From Alphaproteobacteria bacterium (GTDB taxonomy: Bacteria; Pseudomonadota; Alphaproteobacteria; Bin95), in contig CBDBGH010000003.1 in assembly GCA_965205265.1 (NCBI GenBank), forward strand, positions 3,840,001 through 3,904,000: a DNA stretch of 64,000 nucleotides, in the 5' to 3' direction. Below are positions 60,608 to 64,000 of the stretch, piece by piece (the stretch's first letter is position 1; every line of letters starts with the position of its first letter). The position numbers and the translations under genes were made by a program. Below the pieces are notes generated by a model. It searched no databases, was not told where the DNA came from, and worked only from the letters and a program-made list of their open reading frames with translations.

Positions 60608-60800
60608 CGGGCTTCTGCTGGAGGAGCGCCACCGCGCCGCGCTCGACCGGCTCTTCGCCGAGCATCTGCCGGAGGTCGAGGTCCGGGCCTATGGCAGCCG
60701 CGTCACCGGCCGGGCGCATGAGGGCAGCGACCTCGACCTGGCGCTGCGCGCGCCCGGCGGGGCCGAAATCGAATCCGTCCGGCTGGGTGCGTTCTGCCGC
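60600..60800 (+). pseudogene. Truncated minimal nucleotidyltransferase (MNT) antitoxin
   Basis: MPDGLLL...AYGSRVTG..HEGSDLDL (GS..DxD); similarity ends after about 65 aa and the frame runs on into the ADH gene. Confidence 0.72.
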
Positions 60801-60914
60801 GCGCGGGCCCCGGATGGCGGTTTTCCTTATCGTCGGCGCCTCAATCTGCTGCTATGGCTAGAAGATGACCGAGCGAGGCCCGGCCGGGCCGGCCGGGGAC
60901 AGGAGGAAAGCGGG

Positions 60915-62012
60915 ATGAAGATCAAGGCTGCGGTTCTCTACGAACCGAACGAACCGATGGTCGTGCAGACCGTCGATCTGGACGATCCGAGCGACGGGGA
61001 GGTGCTGGTGCGCATCGGCGCGGCCGGCGTGTGCCACTCCGACCTGCATCTCATCAAGGGCGAGTGGAAGACGCCGCTGCCCGCGGTGCTCGGCCATGAA
61101 GGCGCGGGAATCGTCGAGAAGGTCGGCGCCGGGGTGACCCGCGTGAAGCCGGGCGACCATGTGATCCTGAACTTCCGCGCCAATTGCGGCCATTGCCACT
61201 ATTGCGTGGTCGGGCGCCCCGTGCTCTGCGACGGCATCGACACGCCGCGAACGACCATGTTCGACGGCACCGTGCGCCTGCACCGCAACGGGGAGGACAT
61301 CCACCATATGGCGCGGGTGTCCTGCTTTGCCGAATACGCCGTCGTGCCCGAGTCGGGCGCCGTGCCGGTGCGCAAGGACATTCCGCTGGACCGGGCCTGC
61401 CTCATCGGCTGCGCGGTCATGACCGGCGTCGGAGCGGTCGCCAATACGGCCAATGTCAGGCCCGGCGACACGGTCGCCGTCATCGGCTGCGGCGGCGTCG
61501 GCCTGAACGCGGTGCAGGGCGCGGCGCTGGCCGGGGCGGAGCGCATCGTCGCCGTCGATCTGCTGGACAACAAGCTGGAATACGCCCGCCTGTTCGGCGC
61601 GACGGACACGGTCAATGCCGGCAATGGCGACGCCGCGGCCCGCGTGCTGGAGATGACCGGCGGCGGCGTGGACTTCGCCTTCGAGGCGATCGGCAACCCG
61701 GCGGCGATCCAGCAGGCCTACGAGATGTGCCGCATGGGCGGCACTACCGTGATCGTGGGCATGGCGCCGGAAGAAGACGTGCTGGAATTCAATGCCCTGT
61801 CGATACCGCGCACCGAGCGCGCCATTGTCGGTTCGTGGTACGGGTCGGCGCGCCCCTGGGTCGATCTGCCCAGGCTTGCGGACATGTATATGCGCGGCCG
61901 GTTGAAGATCGACGAGCTCATCAGCCGCTCCTACCCGCTGGAGCAGATCAACGAGGCCTATGACGCGCTGCAGGCGGGCGAAGTGGCCCGGAGCGTCCTC
62001 ACCTTCGAGTGA
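60915..62012 (+). CDS. Zn-dependent alcohol dehydrogenase (class III-like)
   Basis: AGGAGG RBS; CHSD, GHEGAG, CGHCHYC..C, GCGGVG. Confidence 0.93.
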   Translation: MKIKAAVLYEPNEPMVVQTVDLDDPSDGEVLVRIGAAGVCHSDLHLIKGEWKTPLPAVLGHEGAGIVEKVGAGVTRVKPGDHVILNFRANCGHCHYCVVGRPVLCDGIDTPRTTMFDGTVRLHRNGEDIHHMARVSCFAEYAVVPESGAVPVRKDIPLDRACLIGCAVMTGVGAVANTANVRPGDTVAVIGCGGVGLNAVQGAALAGAERIVAVDLLDNKLEYARLFGATDTVNAGNGDAAARVLEMTGGGVDFAFEAIGNPAAIQQAYEMCRMGGTTVIVGMAPEEDVLEFNALSIPRTERAIVGSWYGSARPWVDLPRLADMYMRGRLKIDELISRSYPLEQINEAYDALQAGEVARSVLTFE

Positions 62013-62039
62013 GCATGCGGCTGCTTTCGACGGGCGCGG

Positions 62040-64000
62040 CTAACCCCGCGCCGCCCTGAGCTGCGGGAACTCGGCCCGGAGCGCATCGAAGGCCGCGCGG
62101 ACCTCCGAGCCGTCGCCGCGCCGCGTCGCCGGGTCGAGCATATCGACGGCGTCGAAGACCCGGTGCTTGGCGTAGAAGCGCCAGTGGACGGGCAGCGCCG
62201 CCAGGCATTCGGTGAGCGCATCGTAATTGGCGTCCGTCCAGACGGATTCGAAGGCCGCCCGCTCGGGGCCGACATCGTAGAAGCCGTCCGCCTCCCCGCC
62301 GGCGCGGGCCGCGCGCCGCGCCTCCGTGGCGGGCCCGTCCACCGCGCCGTCGGCGATGACCACGCCATAGGCCTCGCGCGCCTGCCCGGTCGAGACCCAG
62401 CCGCGCCGCCAGTCCAGCAGCACCGCTTCCGGATCGCGCCGGAACGGGTCGCCCCAGCCGCCCGCGCCGCCGCAGGTGACATGGATGACATCGCCGGGGC
62501 CGATGGTGAGGATGTCGGTGTTCTTCAGGTCCACCTCGCGGTCGGTCCCCGGATTCAGGATGAATTTCGACGCGCCGCCCGGGCGGCCACCGGCGATTCC
62601 CCAGCCCGTGAAGATCGTCCGGTCCCGGTTGCGCGCCGTGACGCGGGTGTTCGGCGAGAACGCCTGGAACACAAGCTCCGTGCCGAGCCCGCCGCGATGC
62701 AGGCCGGGCCCGGCCGAGTCGCGCGCAAGGCCGAAGCGCAGCACCTTGATGCCGGCTTCGACCTCGTTCACCTCGGTCGGCGTGTTCTTCATGAAGCCCT
62801 GATTGGCGCCCGAGCCGTCCTGGCCGTCCTCCATCGCGCGCCCGCCGCCGCCGCCGCTCATCGGGCTGATCGCCGCCATGATCCGCCGGCCGGTGCGGTT
62901 TTCGATGGTATTGACGTTCATGATCGGCCCGCCGGAGGCCGGCGCGCCGGCCATGCGGTCCGGGGCCGCCTGGGCGAAGGCGCCGAAGGTGAGCCCGTGC
63001 AGGCGGTAGCAGCTGAGCGTGCGCATGCCGACGGCCGCCGGAAACTCCGGATTGACCATGGTGCCCGACGGCAGGATGCAGCGGCAGACGCGCGCAATGC
63101 CGGAGTTCAGGTAAAGCGACGGGTCCAGCGAATAGAGCACATAGGTCATGCCGACCAGCAGCAGCACATGGCGCTCGTCGCCGCCGGTCGGCATGTTGAG
63201 CGAGGATTCGAGCTGCGGGTCGGACCCGGTGAAGTCGAAGACCAGCTCCTCGTCGCGGACGATCACCGTCAGCTTCATGCGGCAGGGCCGCCCGTCCACC
63301 GAGTCCTCGTCCATATAATCGGCGAAGGGGTAGCTGCCGTTCGGCAGGGTGCGGACGATGGCCCGGGCCTGGGCCTCGGCGTAGTCGAGCAGATCCGCCA
63401 CGCCCTCGCGGAAGGTGTCCGCGCCGAAGCGGGCGATCATCTCGCGGACCTTGCGCTCGCCGGTGTTGCAGGCGGCGATCTGGGCCTTCAGGTCACCCCA
63501 GTTCTGGTCGGGCGCGCGGACATTGGCGAGGAAGATGTCGAGCACCTGCCGGTTGAGCTTTCCCTCCTCCAGGATCTTGACGGGCGGGATGCGCACGCCT
63601 TCCTGGTGGATTTCCGAAAGCGTGCGGGAGAGCGAGGCCGGCACCGCGCCGCCGACATCGGTGTTGTGGATATGGCCGACGGAGAAGGCCACGATCTCGC
63701 CCTCGTGGAAGACCGGCTTCCAGATATGCATGTCCGGCGAGTGGGTGGAAACGAAGCCCGAATAGGGGTCGTTGGTCATCGCGATGTCGCCCGGACGGTA
63801 GTCGTCGATCATGGCGATGGCGCGGCCGTAATTCAGGCCGACGAACCAGGTGGCGCCGAGCTCGGTGGGCGTGGCGAAGGTCTCCCCGTCCGGCGTGGTG
63901 AGGCCGGTGGTGAAGTCCTCGGTCTCCTTGACGAAGGTCGAATGCGCGGTGCGGTAGAGCGTGTAGGCCATGCTCTCCGCCGCCGCGCGGGTGTGGTTCT
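62040..64000 (-). CDS. Hydantoinase B/oxoprolinase-family protein, 5' end outside window
   Basis: NDPYSG..THSPD, HNTDVGG, QEGVRIPP, DFTG, GGAGGWGDP. Confidence 0.9.
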   Translation of the reverse strand, partial: NHTRAAAESMAYTLYRTAHSTFVKETEDFTTGLTTPDGETFATPTELGATWFVGLNYGRAIAMIDDYRPGDIAMTNDPYSGFVSTHSPDMHIWKPVFHEGEIVAFSVGHIHNTDVGGAVPASLSRTLSEIHQEGVRIPPVKILEEGKLNRQVLDIFLANVRAPDQNWGDLKAQIAACNTGERKVREMIARFGADTFREGVADLLDYAEAQARAIVRTLPNGSYPFADYMDEDSVDGRPCRMKLTVIVRDEELVFDFTGSDPQLESSLNMPTGGDERHVLLLVGMTYVLYSLDPSLYLNSGIARVCRCILPSGTMVNPEFPAAVGMRTLSCYRLHGLTFGAFAQAAPDRMAGAPASGGPIMNVNTIENRTGRRIMAAISPMSGGGGGRAMEDGQDGSGANQGFMKNTPTEVNEVEAGIKVLRFGLARDSAGPGLHRGGLGTELVFQAFSPNTRVTARNRDRTIFTGWGIAGGRPGGASKFILNPGTDREVDLKNTDILTIGPGDVIHVTCGGAGGWGDPFRRDPEAVLLDWRRGWVSTGQAREAYGVVIADGAVDGPATEARRAARAGGEADGFYDVGPERAAFESVWTDANYDALTECLAALPVHWRFYAKHRVFDAVDMLDPATRRGDGSEVRAAFDALRAEFPQLRAARG

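Overview
GC-rich chromosomal window from an alphaproteobacterium, probably Rhodospirillales-like (inferred from a GcrA-family gene, glcDEF, betA, cobA/cobB, lutABC and alphaproteobacterial REP-type repeats). The backbone is metabolic: a Rieske oxygenase/COG0523/cyclic amidohydrolase operon, SDR, cobA, cobB, betA, Hsp20, formate dehydrogenase alpha, glcDEF, hmgA, AsmA, LLM-PrpD-thiolase, lutABC, Smr, RsmB, pyrE, Zn-ADH and hydantoinase B. Small accessory genes sit between these: HigA, ABC-ATPase plus DUF4276, VapBC, Uma2, two Fic genes, DUF433, a decayed HEPN-MNT pair, two paralogous TM-coiled-coil microproteins and an FkbM/TupA glycan islet. Mobile DNA comprises (i) a 270-bp MITE and an IS630 stacked at one CTAG that is the shared stop codon of two convergent genes, and (ii) an IS1634-family element with a 111-bp target duplication, one copy of which was later split by an IS21. 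The least explained signal is a dispersed non-coding element, present twice 28 kb apart (about 85% identical over a 111-nt gapless core), that ends in a 10-bp-phased CATGAC array. No rRNA, tRNA or CRISPR array was seen. All family assignments come from motif recognition by eye; no database searches were run.
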